Part shown: in pieces, positions 32,532-48,859 of the stretch
Layout: each line of letters starts with the position of its first letter
Position numbering within the stretch: position 1 is the stretch's first letter
From: Balanoglossus misakiensis
Lineage: Eukaryota; Animalia; Hemichordata
NCBI GenBank assembly: GCA_040954595.2
Contig: CM082580.2
Coordinates: 5,771,419-5,835,418, forward strand
Direction of reading: 5' to 3'
DNA: 64,000 nt
Made by a program: the position numbers and the translations under genes
The notes under the pieces: model-generated
What the model saw: only the letters and a program-made list of their open reading frames with translations
The model's database searches: none
What the model was told of the DNA's origin: nothing

Positions 32532-35500
32532 CTCCTGAACTCGAGGATTGTAAAAAAGTGAATTTGTGATACGATTATTAGGCAGTAAAAATTGCAGCAA
32601 ATACGAACGTAGCTATATAGCTGAGTTGCTAACACGTACCACAGACAAAGTACGCTGTTTCTCGTATGTGTTGAGCAGTCTCATTGCGCATGCGTGTTTC
32701 TGATTGTGGCATCGTGCAACAGGTGCTATGTCAGTAACTTTGAACTTTCTATACCTTGCTTGTTGAGAAAAAATCGAATGTGCATGAGTACTTATAGACC
32801 ACAAACGAGAGAGCTAGCGGTATTGTTTAATGACATGTTAGAGCATTGCGATACCGCATCAATGTTGTTCCCAGGCTGTAACCAACCTATACGTACTATC
32901 AGCTCGTGTCGTAAATCGAAGACGACGTCGAAGCGACGCTGAGCCCTTCACTTTGTCAAAAGCCGCTTTTCGTGCGAAAACATAATCCATTTTCATTTTT
33001 ACTGGCAATCAAAGTGTTTGGTTGGACACGCCTGAATAGGTGTCGACAGGTTTGTGATCCTTTGCGATATGCATAACGCGGTGACCTTGTAGCGCCGCGG
33101 AGTTTTGAATCATATTTTACAAGCGGCACGATTTCCTGCCTTGTACCCTGAACAAGTCGCCGTCGGTCAATGACACGATCCCCACCTGGTCACTGGATGT
33201 GATCTTTGGATTGAGCTCATACAAGTCATGTTACATATACAGTAGGCCTAAACATGCACGTAGCATTCTGGAAGTGGGTAAACTATATGCCTATCTGAAC
33301 CGGGGGTGGGTTTCAACAATGAAGGTATCTCTGAGTTCCAGCAGTACAGTGTCACTCCCCAAATCATGACGAAAGACGCGTTAGTTGTAACTTTCGTATA
33401 TTTTTTCCCACAGGTACTGTGTATCTGTACGGTTTTTTCATAATATTAGTATATTGTCCGATGCGGTCATTCTAAATTTTCTATTGCGCTGTGGCCGGTC
33501 GTGTACCATCTGTCCAAACGAGTTCTCTCTACAAGTGTTGACAGAGAAGCGGTGTTTTGCGGGAGGTGATAGAATTTCTTCAAAATCGATGACGTCAAAT
33601 CTTCTCCCCGCCGGGACTGCACCACCATCATTTAATAACGATAAATAATTTGGAATAATTCAATTCGACTTGGAAAAGCTTGATGTAAGCTTACGTATAC
33701 ACAAATGTCCGCGGTAATGGTTCCTTAATCAGCAACGAGCATAACCTCACTACCTATAGGTTGAACAGTCACAATTCAGTGTTTTAATTTATTGTATTTC
33801 ATAGTTGAAAATAGTTGTCGCCAGCATCTTCAAGTGTAATAGCTAACCACATGTAGCCCAAATGTATATCAGGGAAAGATAATATATAGCAAGCGATAAT
33901 AAATGCTGCACAAACGACCATATATAATTGAATGCTAATATGACCGGTCACTGCACTAAAATGATAGGCCGGGTACAGAGGAACCAAATGCACGAGACTT
34001 CTCCATTTCAAAATTACTACCTTGGGTGAAAAAAAGTCGGATTGGGGTCAGATACACGGTTTGAATTCAAAATACGCTTCTTTTCACGTGAATGTCACAT
34101 GATCAGAAGAAATGGACGAGATTTGTATGATTTGCGAGGCGGTACTGGCGTGGCTCTTTGTGCAAATAAGTTCAAATATTTTTACGGCTGATACATTTAC
34201 GTAGGTCAGGCTGTGCATGTATGTAGAGAAAAAAGTCTCACGACAGATTTACGGGGATACCATGGGCATGCATGATTGTTTTTTCTCTCTTTTTGTGGGG
34301 TTGGTTGTTTTGGTTCTGTTGGCTGTATCCATCATCTAATAGTCAAAAGCCCAATTTGCATAATGTGGTACCCACAACTCTGATTTCAAAAAGTGAAAAT
34401 GGTATATATCTTTATAGTAAAAAAGTGCTTAGCTTACGGACTCAACATCGTTGTGCTGTGGTTGGGCCACCCTGCATCGCCGTGCAATTGCAATAAACAC
34501 ACATTCCTTCAACTAATAGATCACCGCGGTCTTTATTATGTATTATACACCTCTTTTGTCAAATCCACCCTCTTGTGAACTTGCATTTCATCGCGACAAG
34601 TCACAGTCGTACAGATTGTTAACAGTTGTATATATTACCGTCTTTTCTGCATCCTAGTCCAGAGATTTTTTTTGTCAACTTCGGCTCTCATCAGCTCCTC
34701 CAAGCGATAAGAAGGGCGTTGTACCCATTCCCCCGCCACCCAAAATTTAGAAGAAAAAAAATTTACGAGAATTATAGCAATATCACATATCATATTTTGT
34801 GTGTTTGTTCTTTTAATATTGATCTCACGACACCGTTACTTGGCGACTGGCACCTATACGCACCACATTCCCTGCAGTGGAGAGAATGTGTTTACAGATC
34901 AGACAGTCTTCAAACTGTACTCCAGATGATAAATGGTTTAGTCGAACCTGAATTTACAGAACGGCATGGTCACCAAAACGGTTCAGTGATTTGATACCTG
35001 ACAATAAAAAAATAATATGTGAAGAAGAAAAAATTAATGATTAATTCATAATGTTATAAGTACCCAAGCCGCTGCGGCCCTTTTCAATTCAAATAGATCA
35101 TCAATATAGTACTTGAGGTATTCGTATCACCGTCCCAGTGTCTGACCACAAGTCCCGAGGTAAGCGAAATTCTTCGTTGTCGTTTTTTTCTACATTCTGG
35201 GATAACTTTACAATACATGCCGCTCGGAATACTTAGTAATTTAGTGTCCGAACTTTTAACGCCGTTAATTCACTGAAAAGGGTGATCACCTCCCCGATAG
35301 CAAAAGAAACAAGTCTGTAAAACTCTGATCGACTGGGCTTCCTCGTCGCTAGACTGTCGGTATGCCGAACTGCACGAGGAGGGTCTTTGTACGTGTTACC
35401 GCACGACACTAAATTGGCCGCGGAGAAACGTTTTGTTCTTGTCCAGGGCGTTGCCCAGTTAGCGATGCCTGCGCTTGCCCCGAAGTCAGTCCAAGTCATA

Positions 35501-37723
35501 ATGTGAGTGCTGCCGAATGGTGCTACCTATACTAAGAGATCATTATTGGCTCTTAAGTGCGGCTTTATTGACTTGTTGAGTAAGAGTGAGGCTCTCCACA
35601 ATAAGCACTCGCCATCAACTCGTCACAATTACAGAAGCCTATGACTTGTAGTATGATGGTTATTAATAACCATTAAATTTATAGCTCAACTCTCATTAAA
35701 ACTCCCTCCATGCACGGTTACTGCGCTCTCTCTATAGTATGTCGTAAATATATAGCCATAGAACCTGTGAAAGGAAGTATGCGTCGAGCTTTCGTTTATG
35801 GGATTGCAGCTGGCCAGCTGGGCCAATGCCAAATAAGCCACTAACGCCTGCTTCTCGTCTTTGATAGCACACGTTTCTGATCTAATAAAACCCCGCTCAG
35901 AAAAAAATCACCGCCTAAGCTTAGTCCAAGCGTACATGTTTCTGGTTATGGCTTTCAGAAATCGGGCGACGACGGGATTTTTTTCTTTTCTTTTTCGTCC
36001 GGCCATTGCCAATCTACGATCAATGCGTATTCATATACCTGTCTGGTTGTCGACCAGCTAATGTTCGTGTGTCTTGACAAACTTCTCTTCCTCTGCAGTA
36101 TTTTTGGCTTGGTATCAGTGCACTCCGTTGAGTTGAGTTCTGTCTGGCAAGACACCGACAGAAAAATTGTTCGACGCGAGGATTCTCAAGTGATGCGCGC
36201 ATCACTGATCAGAATCAATTATCTCTTTTATTAACTGATTGGTAGCTAAAATTTGACAAAGTGACCGTTTGCCTCCCCTACGGTCATTTCCATTTCCTTC
36301 AGGTCATGCGTCAACTTTTAGTGTAATCATCGATTGTGATTGAGACTCAAGTATAAGTCGGTGACTCGGATTGTCCTTCGCAGTCAAATATGACGAATTT
36401 AAAATGAAAACGCGGGTATTTTGACATCATGCCTTGTCCAGTATGTTGCTCCGAAACACAAATCTTGCTGGTTGTGGTTCCACTGAGCAGTCCGATTCGT
36501 ACATAGCTCAAATCCGAGAATGGCCTGCTCTGATATCATTCGAACATGGAAATCCCGAAGATACTATACCTTTCAGTGTTTTAAGGTATTGATTCAAACT
36601 GAAGGCGGACCCGCCAGAAGGCCTATACTCAAAAGCCACACTCTGATGGCCCTATTGACAAATCGTCCACGATTAAATGTTGACTATTGAATAAAGATAA
36701 TATACTCGTACCATCAGCCCATCTTTGAATAGAAAAATAAACACAAATTTGAAAAATATATACAATTCTTGATGTTGGACACCGCAAAACATAAGTAACT
36801 ACTTCACATTCTTTTCAAAGACAGTCGTCGGCAGTAACCCGCGTATGATGATTCAATCTTTGCTGACCACGAAAAGATTACAACGACGCTTTATGGATCT
36901 TATAAGTTGCCAGGGTTAACTGAAATATGGTGAAGTGACCTCGCCATAGGTAATTGTCGCTCAGGTATAAATCAGTTCAGCTCGTACGTGGTGTTAAAAT
37001 GCCCATACGCTCAAAAATTCATAATTCTTGCTATTTATATCTCCAATATGAAAGATAATGATCGCCTGTTTATGACAGTGTCGACAGACCCCGACTGTCA
37101 TCGTTTGAGACCACGCGCATGCGTTTAAATTGATGCATGCGCCGTGCATGGTTAAACGTCACGTTTCTGTAACCTGAGACACAAAAGATGATTGTTTTAC
37201 AACGTCTCTGTACTTCTGCACAATATATTGGAATGTGATATAAAAATACAATATATTTAAATTATCAGTTGCTGCGTCTTTCCTACTGTTTCATAATTTT
37301 AATTTAAAACTAAGGGCGTGTCGTTATACTGTACCAGGTGCCACCTGCCTAAAGTTTCATGAAAAAACTTGGACACTATATTCATGTGAGAACGATACAA
37401 AATTTACAACTTACACCATCTGGTGTTCAACAAATAAGTACTTGACTATATTGAATTTATAGTTTACGGTCACAAACTATCGCTTGCATGTGGTGTGCAT
37501 TGATGTAGAAGCCAGAAACAGTAAAATTGCGTCTGATAGGGAAGAAAATAAAATTTACATCCGCATAATTTTTTTTAAATTAAGGAGTGGGTCCACAAAG
37601 ATGCCTAAGTTGTTTCCATTTGGAATCAAGATTCTTTACTCAATATTCTTTTTGTCAAATTCTTTTCAAAAAATGATATCACATTTGATGACCTTCTCCT
37701 CGTTCCTTGTTCTAGCATTCAAG

Positions 37724-40637
<2,914 letters not shown>

Positions 40638-40808
40638 AATACCGCAACATCTGTCAAAATCTGGTCTGCGTAGACTTTCGCCGCTACTCTTGAAATATTA
40701 TGAATATCTTGCACATGTAATTATGTATACTAGTAGGATAACCTAAATGCCTGTATTTAGAGAGTAGACTATCCGTTTATTTCGTATAATACGGTGTATT
40801 TACTATTG

Positions 40809-41262
40809 AACACCTATTGCCTGGCCATGAGGGCCATAGCGGCCGTTTATTACACCCGAGGGGCTGTGAGTTACCAGAATCATATGCTATTTCCCGAGGC
40901 CGCAGGCCGAGGGAAATAGCATATGATTCTGGTAACTCACAGCCACGAGGGGGTAAAAACGGCTGCTATGGCCCGAATATAGGCCAGGCTATAGGTGTTT
41001 TATAATAAACCTCATGCTAACAGCTGGGAAAATCTTGTAATTTTCTCTTGAGGTTGGCAGACGACATCTTCCGCGGTGGCCATTGTGTCAGACGATGCGA
41101 CGCTGATTGACGTGACCGAGTCTGCGCACTCACGCTGGTCACGTGACCGGTTTATATTTTTTCTGCTATTGCCCTAGCGGTTCATAGTCGATTCTATTTT
41201 CCTATCACGTGACGGATTCTGGCGAATCACGGCACAGTATTAGCATGAGGTATATTATAAAA
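40809..41262. mobile_element. Compound inverted-repeat element (non-autonomous DNA element, superfamily unassigned)
   Basis: A ~190-bp hairpin at 40809-40999 centred on CCCGAGGCCGCAGGCCGAGGG, immediately followed by a second inverted-repeat pair TTTTATAATAAACCTCATGCTAA (40998-41020) and TTAGCATGAGGTATATTATAAAA (41240-41262). Confidence 0.65.
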
Positions 41263-42566
41263 GCAGCTACAAAATACTATTAGCACTGTGTCAGAAGGTT
41301 GCCTTTTGCAAGTTTTGGAAGAACGTGCTTACAATCCCAGACAAGACTCGATCCGCTACTATAGTGAAGCACAATAGTAGTGCGCCCTCGCCGCATTGTC
41401 GCCCGAGAGCCGGAGCAAATGCCCGTATGTTATCAAAAAGACTTTCTTGTGTTTTGCTCTTGTCTTGTAATCCCTTCATACACAACTGTACAAACAGAGA
41501 GTCAGTCGTCTTGACCGGCTCAGAAACACACAACCCCTGACGATTTTGGCTCATGTGCAGCACGCAGCTCAGGAAACACGCGTCTCACTCGATCTGTCTA
41601 TAATATAAACGGCAATATTTCATATTTTATCCTCCTAGTACTGTGGTCGTGGAAACAATTCCTATATGACCGTTCATCGAATCCTGCTTGAAGGTAATAT
41701 CCAATGTAAAATAGATTCTTGTAAAGAACTCGCATCTCTTTCCTTTGTAAATCACTGAGACCGGTTCATCAGGTCAAAATGACTTTCTTGTTTTGACTTA
41801 TTTGTTCCTTTCTAACGGTTCACTTGACGTATCTGTATTTTACCCATGTATCCTACATGTACATTATCTATATTAAAATACATATATAACTATATTCTCA
41901 TTTTCTCTTTTTCATATTTTTTCTTGAGTTTAGAAGGTCCCTTACAGTTTTTGTTGCGGTATTTTTCCATGTTGTGATTATATTTATGGTGCAATCTCTT
42001 GAGCATACCAAGCAAACGTATCTCAAACAATCTTATCGGCAATATACTTTACAATATTGAGTGCGGTCAGCATTGTCAATAAGCTTCCGATAAAATATTT
42101 TGATGTACTCACAGGCGAGTCTACGTTGATACAGATATAGCCTGAGATATGAACCGTTTTTCTGGCTCAAAAAATCAACAAGCCTATCTCTACCTATGGT
42201 TTTAATAATTTAAAACTAAATACATACATACATGGAAATTTTCAACCCCGTCAACAATTCAACGCCCTCCCCAGAAAACCATTTCAGAGACATTGTAGTC
42301 AGTTGTCTGCTGCAGTAACTACAGTGCGAGTCCAAGACCCTGACCGGGTCTCTTGCTGTGTCCTTCAGCGAGGTACACGCCCCCTGGGTGTTTCTCTTCA
42401 CTCAGAAGCATTGGTAGATCACAGATTGTTATGTGTGTTAAAGTCATAGATACCCGGTGTATTTGTCTCGGGTGCTCAGCTCACGGCCCCACACCGCAGA
42501 TGTTGTTTGCTATCGATTCAATCACGATTGAAAGCGCATCGTTTTCGTGTTATGTAAGTTACTCGA

Positions 42567-42905
42567 CCATAACTTGTCGTGGAACCTATAACTTGTTGCA
42601 GACATATTAGAATCCATAACTTGCTGTAGTCCAAACAACGCATAACTTGTTGTGGAAATATTAGAATCCATAACTTGTTGTAGATGTATATAAGAACCCA
42701 TTACTTGCTATAGTTTATAACAACGCATAACTTGTTGTAGACATATTAGAATCCATAACTTATTGTAGTCCAAACAAGACATAACTTGTTGTAGATATAT
42801 AAGAACCCATTAATTGTTGTAGTTTTTAACAACACATAACTTGTTGTAGATATATAACACATAACTTCAAGTTGTTGTAGATATATAAGAACCCATAACT
42901 TGTAG
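42567..42905. repeat. Minisatellite with ~25-30 bp degenerate units built on CATAACTTGTTGTAG
   Basis: About a dozen tandem occurrences of CATAACTTG(T/C)TG with related short linkers. Confidence 0.85.
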
Positions 42906-45362
42906 ATAAATTTTATACGAATCAGTAATGTAGGGTGCGTTCAAAAACGCTCCCCCAAAGCGCCCCATGCGGTCCACAGGGAAGCAGAATAATCGAATGA
43001 AAATTACGTATTCCAGGGGATAAGCTTACTCAAAATGGTAGTCGATAACTAAAATCAAAACCTGGAAAACAATTGCTTTGTTTTCAACTTTTAAAATCAA
43101 AATTCACAAAGTTTCAACGTACAGAATTGCCTGGATCTCATCCTTAAACAAAAGTATTCGAAAATGAACCGAACTTTCATTACTGTCAGCAACATTTATT
43201 TTCAAATGACTTTTCCCAAGCCATCCCAGGTGTTAGAGCAGGTTTTAACATTTTCCCTGGGTGCCAAAAGTGTGACGTCATGCGATAAATCTGCGCAGTC
43301 TCGGGCAACACGTGGTCGCCGCGAGGAGCCTAACGCACGTCACGCATCCTGGTTGTGGACACAAGACCCCATATCTTGTGGTGTACATATAGGCCTCCAT
43401 AACTCGTTGTTGATGTATGCGAGGCCATAACTTGTTCGATCCGTTGTTGCTGATAAATATTGATAACTGTGCGTAATTTGGTGGCATTCCAAAGCAGGGG
43501 GCAAGTGAACAAGACCGGGGTTCAAAACGCCCCGAGTATGTCGTGACCTTTCCTGAACTCTTGGCGTACTTTTACCAACCTGTCCGAACAAATTACATCC
43601 CAGCGCTAAAGATATCTACTCGAAGAGCATATTATATCTACGGGGATTCGGTTTGCACGTGTTTAGTTAATATATTTTGCTAAGCTAGAGTTATCACGAA
43701 GCGCCCGAGGGTAAAGGCGATGGTTCTAAGAAACTTTGCGTTCATTTTCCGCTAAAGAAATCGAACATCGTCCTCAAGACAAGATTCATAGGAAATATAA
43801 CTCTACTCGCTTTGGATTGCCGAATTTATGCCATTTAAAATTGCTGGTCGACGGTGAGGTAAAGTTGTTGGGAATGACTAAGAACGTCCCAAGTAGTCAT
43901 CACAGCGGAGGAATTGCGATACTACCGTTCAAAACGGTTAGATTTGGGGCTTGAAATCGTCTGAAATTCTATCCCGCTGTTGCCTTCCACATAGCTTTGG
44001 TGCAAGTCTGGTGTCGCCATCGGTCTTTTTGTTTGAAAGTTCAAACTACATGTATAATTGGAGTGAAGGCGTTACTAGAGAGATATTCCAGAAAAGCACA
44101 GTTCGCCATCAAGCCACGCAACACAGTCTCTATTCCAGTGCATATTTGCATGGTAAAACTTTCATGAAACAAAAAGAGATAGGAAAACTGTTCAAGTGCA
44201 GAGGCCCATAATTTATTCACTGACTTGACTGTATTTTACCCTAAATAAATACCGCTAATGGTGATAAAACGCTCATTGTTGGCGTACAAACTATGGTGTG
44301 TCAAAACTAAGACAAACTGAAGATCGATTAACCTTTTTTAAAATGACCCATAGGTCAAGCCAGCGTCAGCCGCATTCCTTTTGCCATGCTCTGTGCACGC
44401 GTAGAAGTCGTGATTCGTCAAAATGCCCATTAATCAACACTACAGCTACAAACACGGAGGACGGGAGGAAATTTGGAAGTTTCAAACTGTCCGAAATTTA
44501 TGAACAAAACAGGCAACTAGAGTTAATTGCTGTACTGAGTCAACGATATTCAGTCACCTCTAATTTACATATTGCCCAAATATGGATAAAACGGCGCGTC
44601 CAATTGTATTCGTGGTTATGTGGTGGTGCACGTTTTCACGTGTCCCCGGCGTCCCGAGGAAAAATCTACGTCCGGTATGCATGCTTTCTGTGGCTCGCTT
44701 TATACATACATGAGTATTGCGTCCTAGAAATACTTAGAAGAAAAAACGGTCCATAATCTTTTTAAGAATTTTACATCAACGATTATTTTATTCAGAAAAT
44801 TAACAGAAAGAATTGGGACCAATTCAGAATTTTAACTTAAATTAACTTGAATTTGTCGTTACATTGTTATCTACCAGAACTTTATCAGGAAAGTTTATAC
44901 ATTTATATTTTGTGGTCTTTTGCGTTCCTTCCTCTCCCACCAATTACGTATAAAGTAATCATTACAAACACAAAAAAACATTAAATCTCATACTTCTTGA
45001 GACCATGATCGATTATACCTTCCCTAATTCAGATAAATCCATTTACAATATGAACGTCGTTTTATATATATAGAAATATAATATTATGTACATACACTAC
45101 AAGATAAACAATATCAAAATTAATATCATACATGTATAATATTCCAATACGAAGCCTCTTATTATACGGCATGCTCCTCCTAGGAGCAAATTCCACTTTT
45201 GGAAGAAAAGTATGCTGATTTCAGTCTCTGTCATGTACTGTCGACTTTTGTGTTGTCATGGATAGATGAGATTCTGAATTTTTTTTTTTTGAGACGCATA
45301 GTCAAATCTCTGCGCCAGTGTCTCTGATTCGAGGTCCATAGTTACATTATCACGATATTCGT

Positions 45363-45457
45363 TATTCTCGGTTACCCAGACTCCTCTGCTTCTTCCGTAC
45401 GGCACTCCAGAAAGAGGGCCAACGGAAGAAGCAGAGGAGTCTGGGTAACCGAGACTA
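45363..45457. mobile_element. Small hairpin MITE (TAGTCTCG-type termini)
   Basis: Perfect inverted arms TCTCGGTTACCCAGACTCCTCTGCTTCTTCCGT and ACGGAAGAAGCAGAGGAGTCTGGGTAACCGAGA. The TSD is not clear. It lies just downstream of the OST-alpha B stop. Confidence 0.7.
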
Positions 45458-45616
45458 GAGGTTCGTCCGAAAACGAGGCGATGGTTTGTGCTGCGATGAC
45501 GACCTGCTGATCTACATCCGGGTCACAGACAAAATCCATGTCTTGGTTTGGGTTCCGTTTCCACGTAGCTGGATCGTAAAAGCGCGGTTTCCGTCACTTC
45601 CAAGTCGCGGGTGACA

Positions 45617-47153
45617 CTACTGTTTAGTTTCTGGATGATTGTAGCTGCCGTTGACGCTGCCCATGTTCTCGTTGTTGTCGGTCACGCTGTTTTCCTTGAC
45701 TGTGTACTGGATGGGCTTCTCGCCGGCCTCCAAGTCTTTGCTGTCCAGGGATTTCGTCGCGTGGTGTGTGTTTCCATTGTGAGGGGTTCGGAAGAGAAGG
45801 CGGGATGCGATGCCGATGCAGAAGAACTCGCAGACGACAAGCACGTTGTAAATATCTGCAAGACAAGAGACGTGTCAAAATCAGACCTATTAGAAACGGG
45901 GAAACATCTCTTAGACTTACTGTAATTTCGGCGGTACACATTTCTGTGCTCATATCTCTTGCTCGACTTATGGCATGTACGATTTTTCCTGTAGGTTTTA
46001 ATCACAATATTGCAGTATGAGGAGAACCCGTGGAATATTGAGCAAGGTGGACCGGGTAAGCTTTTAGGGAGAACCTGGAACTTTAATTTTTGGAGGGTCA
46101 CCTCTTTATTTTTTTTACCCGCCACTGTGCACAACATCGCATGCGCTTACAACAGGAACATTCTGCAAACTTACTGTAGACTCTGGCGGTGTTGTCGAAC
46201 GGATCCTTGCAGGGAATGGCGCCAAAGTTGGAGATGATGGTCAACAGGCCGAGCTGGATGTTGCCGAACAGCAAGGTCAGCTGAATGGTCATGAACTTGA
46301 AGGAGATTTTGTAGTCCCGGAGCGGCACCTTCGAGGCCCCGTGGATGATGCCGATCGCCTGCATGGCGGTGATTGTCGATGTGACGGAGATGATGATCAG
46401 CCACACAAAGGGTTCGTCTGCTCCGACCTGTCAAATTATGCATAGCGACGAAAATATCATATGCCATGCAGTCATCACGTTTTCAGTTCAGAAAATGACT
46501 CTCTGTGACTACCTTTATAACGCCAGAAGAAATATAGATCCGTTCAGTGACCTACCATTCCTGGGTGATAACGTCCATCCACCCACAACACCACAGCGAC
46601 GAACAAGATGGTCGGACGTATTAAAGCGTTCTGCAACACAAGTCTTTTGATCCACGGACTGCTGTGTCTGTGAATGGACAAAGAACGCCAGGCGCGTTTA
46701 ATGGGTGGAACACCAATGTTGCTGAGGCCTAATCAATGCGCTATCCTAAGTTCCTATATTCGTCGAGGAAAATACATGTAGTAAGGATTTCGCATTGTCT
46801 GCGCCTGCGTGCTAACTACATGTACTCCTAATCTCCAAAAAATCTAAATAAAGTAAGCTATAGCAGGAATATAGGCATACTCGCATCGTCAGTGCCAATA
46901 ACGCCCTTTCTGTCTGTCTGTCTTATAGACAAACGTTTTGTTGCTTGCACGCACTTACTCGGTTATTTTGATCTTCGGCAGGCAGACACAGCACAGCAGG
47001 ATTGGGAAGGTGTTGATGCTGACCGGTCTGTCTTGCAGGGTGTGGTGCATGGCATCTGAACCCCCGTAGTAGTCGATCACCAACATCAGGAATGTGTACA
47101 GCGTCAACGACAGGTAGCTGTGGTACACAGACGTTAAATGGTGATTATTATTA

Positions 47154-47184
<31 letters not shown>

Positions 47185-48859
47185 CCACCCCAGTCATTGC
47201 GGTTCTGTCGTAGCCATAGAGGTCTGTGAATTTTCAACTCGCGGTGCCTATACGTATGAGCACACCTTTGTTACCACCCTGCTGAACGGTCGCCCATACT
47301 GTCAGTAACCTTATTTTATATGCATGTACCTACATTTGTATATAAGGGTTTCCCGAATTTATGGTACGTGTACATGACTCAGCAATATAGCCAATTTCAC
47401 ACAACTACCATTTCAACACAGCTGTCGCGAAGAGATTCTTTAATATCATTATGATACAGGGTGTGTTAGTTTCACAGAGACGATGAAGCAATGTAAACCC
47501 TGCGGCAAATTTCTGACTGGATCTGCGAGAATTGTCTCGGACAAGGCTACTACAATCATTGGCTGCGGTGACCATTTTACTTACATAGAAGCCACGAAGT
47601 TGGTTAACATTGCTGAACGAGGCACAAAGAGTCCCACGCATGACGTCACACTGAACGCCTAGAAGAAAAACGAGTCAAATACGAGAGTTATTGCTACATG
47701 TCGTTTGGTCAGTACCTACACGTTTTGCATTATTTTTCTAGCAAAAATATCCATTTTATCTCTGGTATCTTTCAAATTTAGGAAACTGAATATTGATTGT
47801 CAATATTTCGGACAACGTGCATTCACGAGATACTCTCTACATAAATTTGCCATTGCATACAATTTTGCATAATAAAAAAGTACACATTTTGGAACAACAA
47901 TACGACATAACCATACTTTAAAACTAAAATCAGGAAATAACATCAAAAAGAGAAAAAATACTAAGTTTTAGACTTTTTTAATACTTCATTGCCTTCATTA
48001 CCTTTGGCTTATTTAGTTAATGATCACGAGCTTCATGTGGGTTTTACTATGCCACGTATACTTACCGGATAAATTCCCAGTAGCCAGATCATTCTGTTTC
48101 TCCGAATTTTGGAGGGAATAGACTTTTTCATGAAATGCACAGACTCCAGGAATAGAATGCACGTGATAGCTGTCAATATCGGCACGACGATCAGCATCAC
48201 TTTCTGTCCGATCGTTGCCTCTGTTCAATTAACGAAAGAGAGTTTAATAGTATCGTTCAGCAGTTCGAACTTTCGATCACCAATCGTGAGCAGCGCAGGC
48301 GTCTCGGGTTTCAAACTGAAACGTGGGATTCGACTCCACATTTGCCGTAAGGTAGAATCGTTTGAAGCAGTAAATCGCGGCGATCTGGCGGTTAGAGGAG
48401 AAATTAAATCACCAGATCAAACTGAACGTGCACCAGTAATTGCCAAAGTTGGGCTCAAAAGAGCATTAATACGTTATACAGCCATCAAACTATTATCAAC
48501 ACGATTGAAGACATGTAATGTGGGGGTGGAATCCAAGGGGCGTTTACAACGAGAAAAATAAAACCGCGAAAATCGAGAATGCGTGCGCGAAATCAGATAA
48601 ATGTTTAACTCAAACAGCTGAAGAACATTTTCGGGTGTTTTATTTTTTACAACCGGGATGCATCCTCGTTCGAAGAGACACTTTCACTAGTTCGACGCGT
48701 GCAAGTATTGCAATCTTTATACTCAAGTACTGTTCGACATGACAGACTTGACGGGGTGGAGGGAATGATGTCCCTGCCGCCAACGGAGTGATACTTACCG
48801 CCGATGATTTCGTACGAGTACGGGATCGACTCGCCGCACGAAGACGAATTGTCAGCCAT
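45617..48859 (-). CDS. Organic solute transporter alpha-like protein, paralogue B, ~350 aa
   Basis: Exons 48859-48799, 48220-48066, 47658-47585, 47117-46959, 46667-46556, 46427-46175 and 45855-45617, with the same phases as paralogue A. Motifs GLFVPRS, DYYGG, LLCCVCLP, LVLQNALIRP, LWVDGRY and LVVCEF. Confidence 0.9.

Noticed and set aside
42567-42905. CRISPR-like repeat-spacer appearance
   Set aside because: The linkers are short and related to each other rather than unique spacers, the context is eukaryotic, and there are no cas genes. It is a minisatellite.
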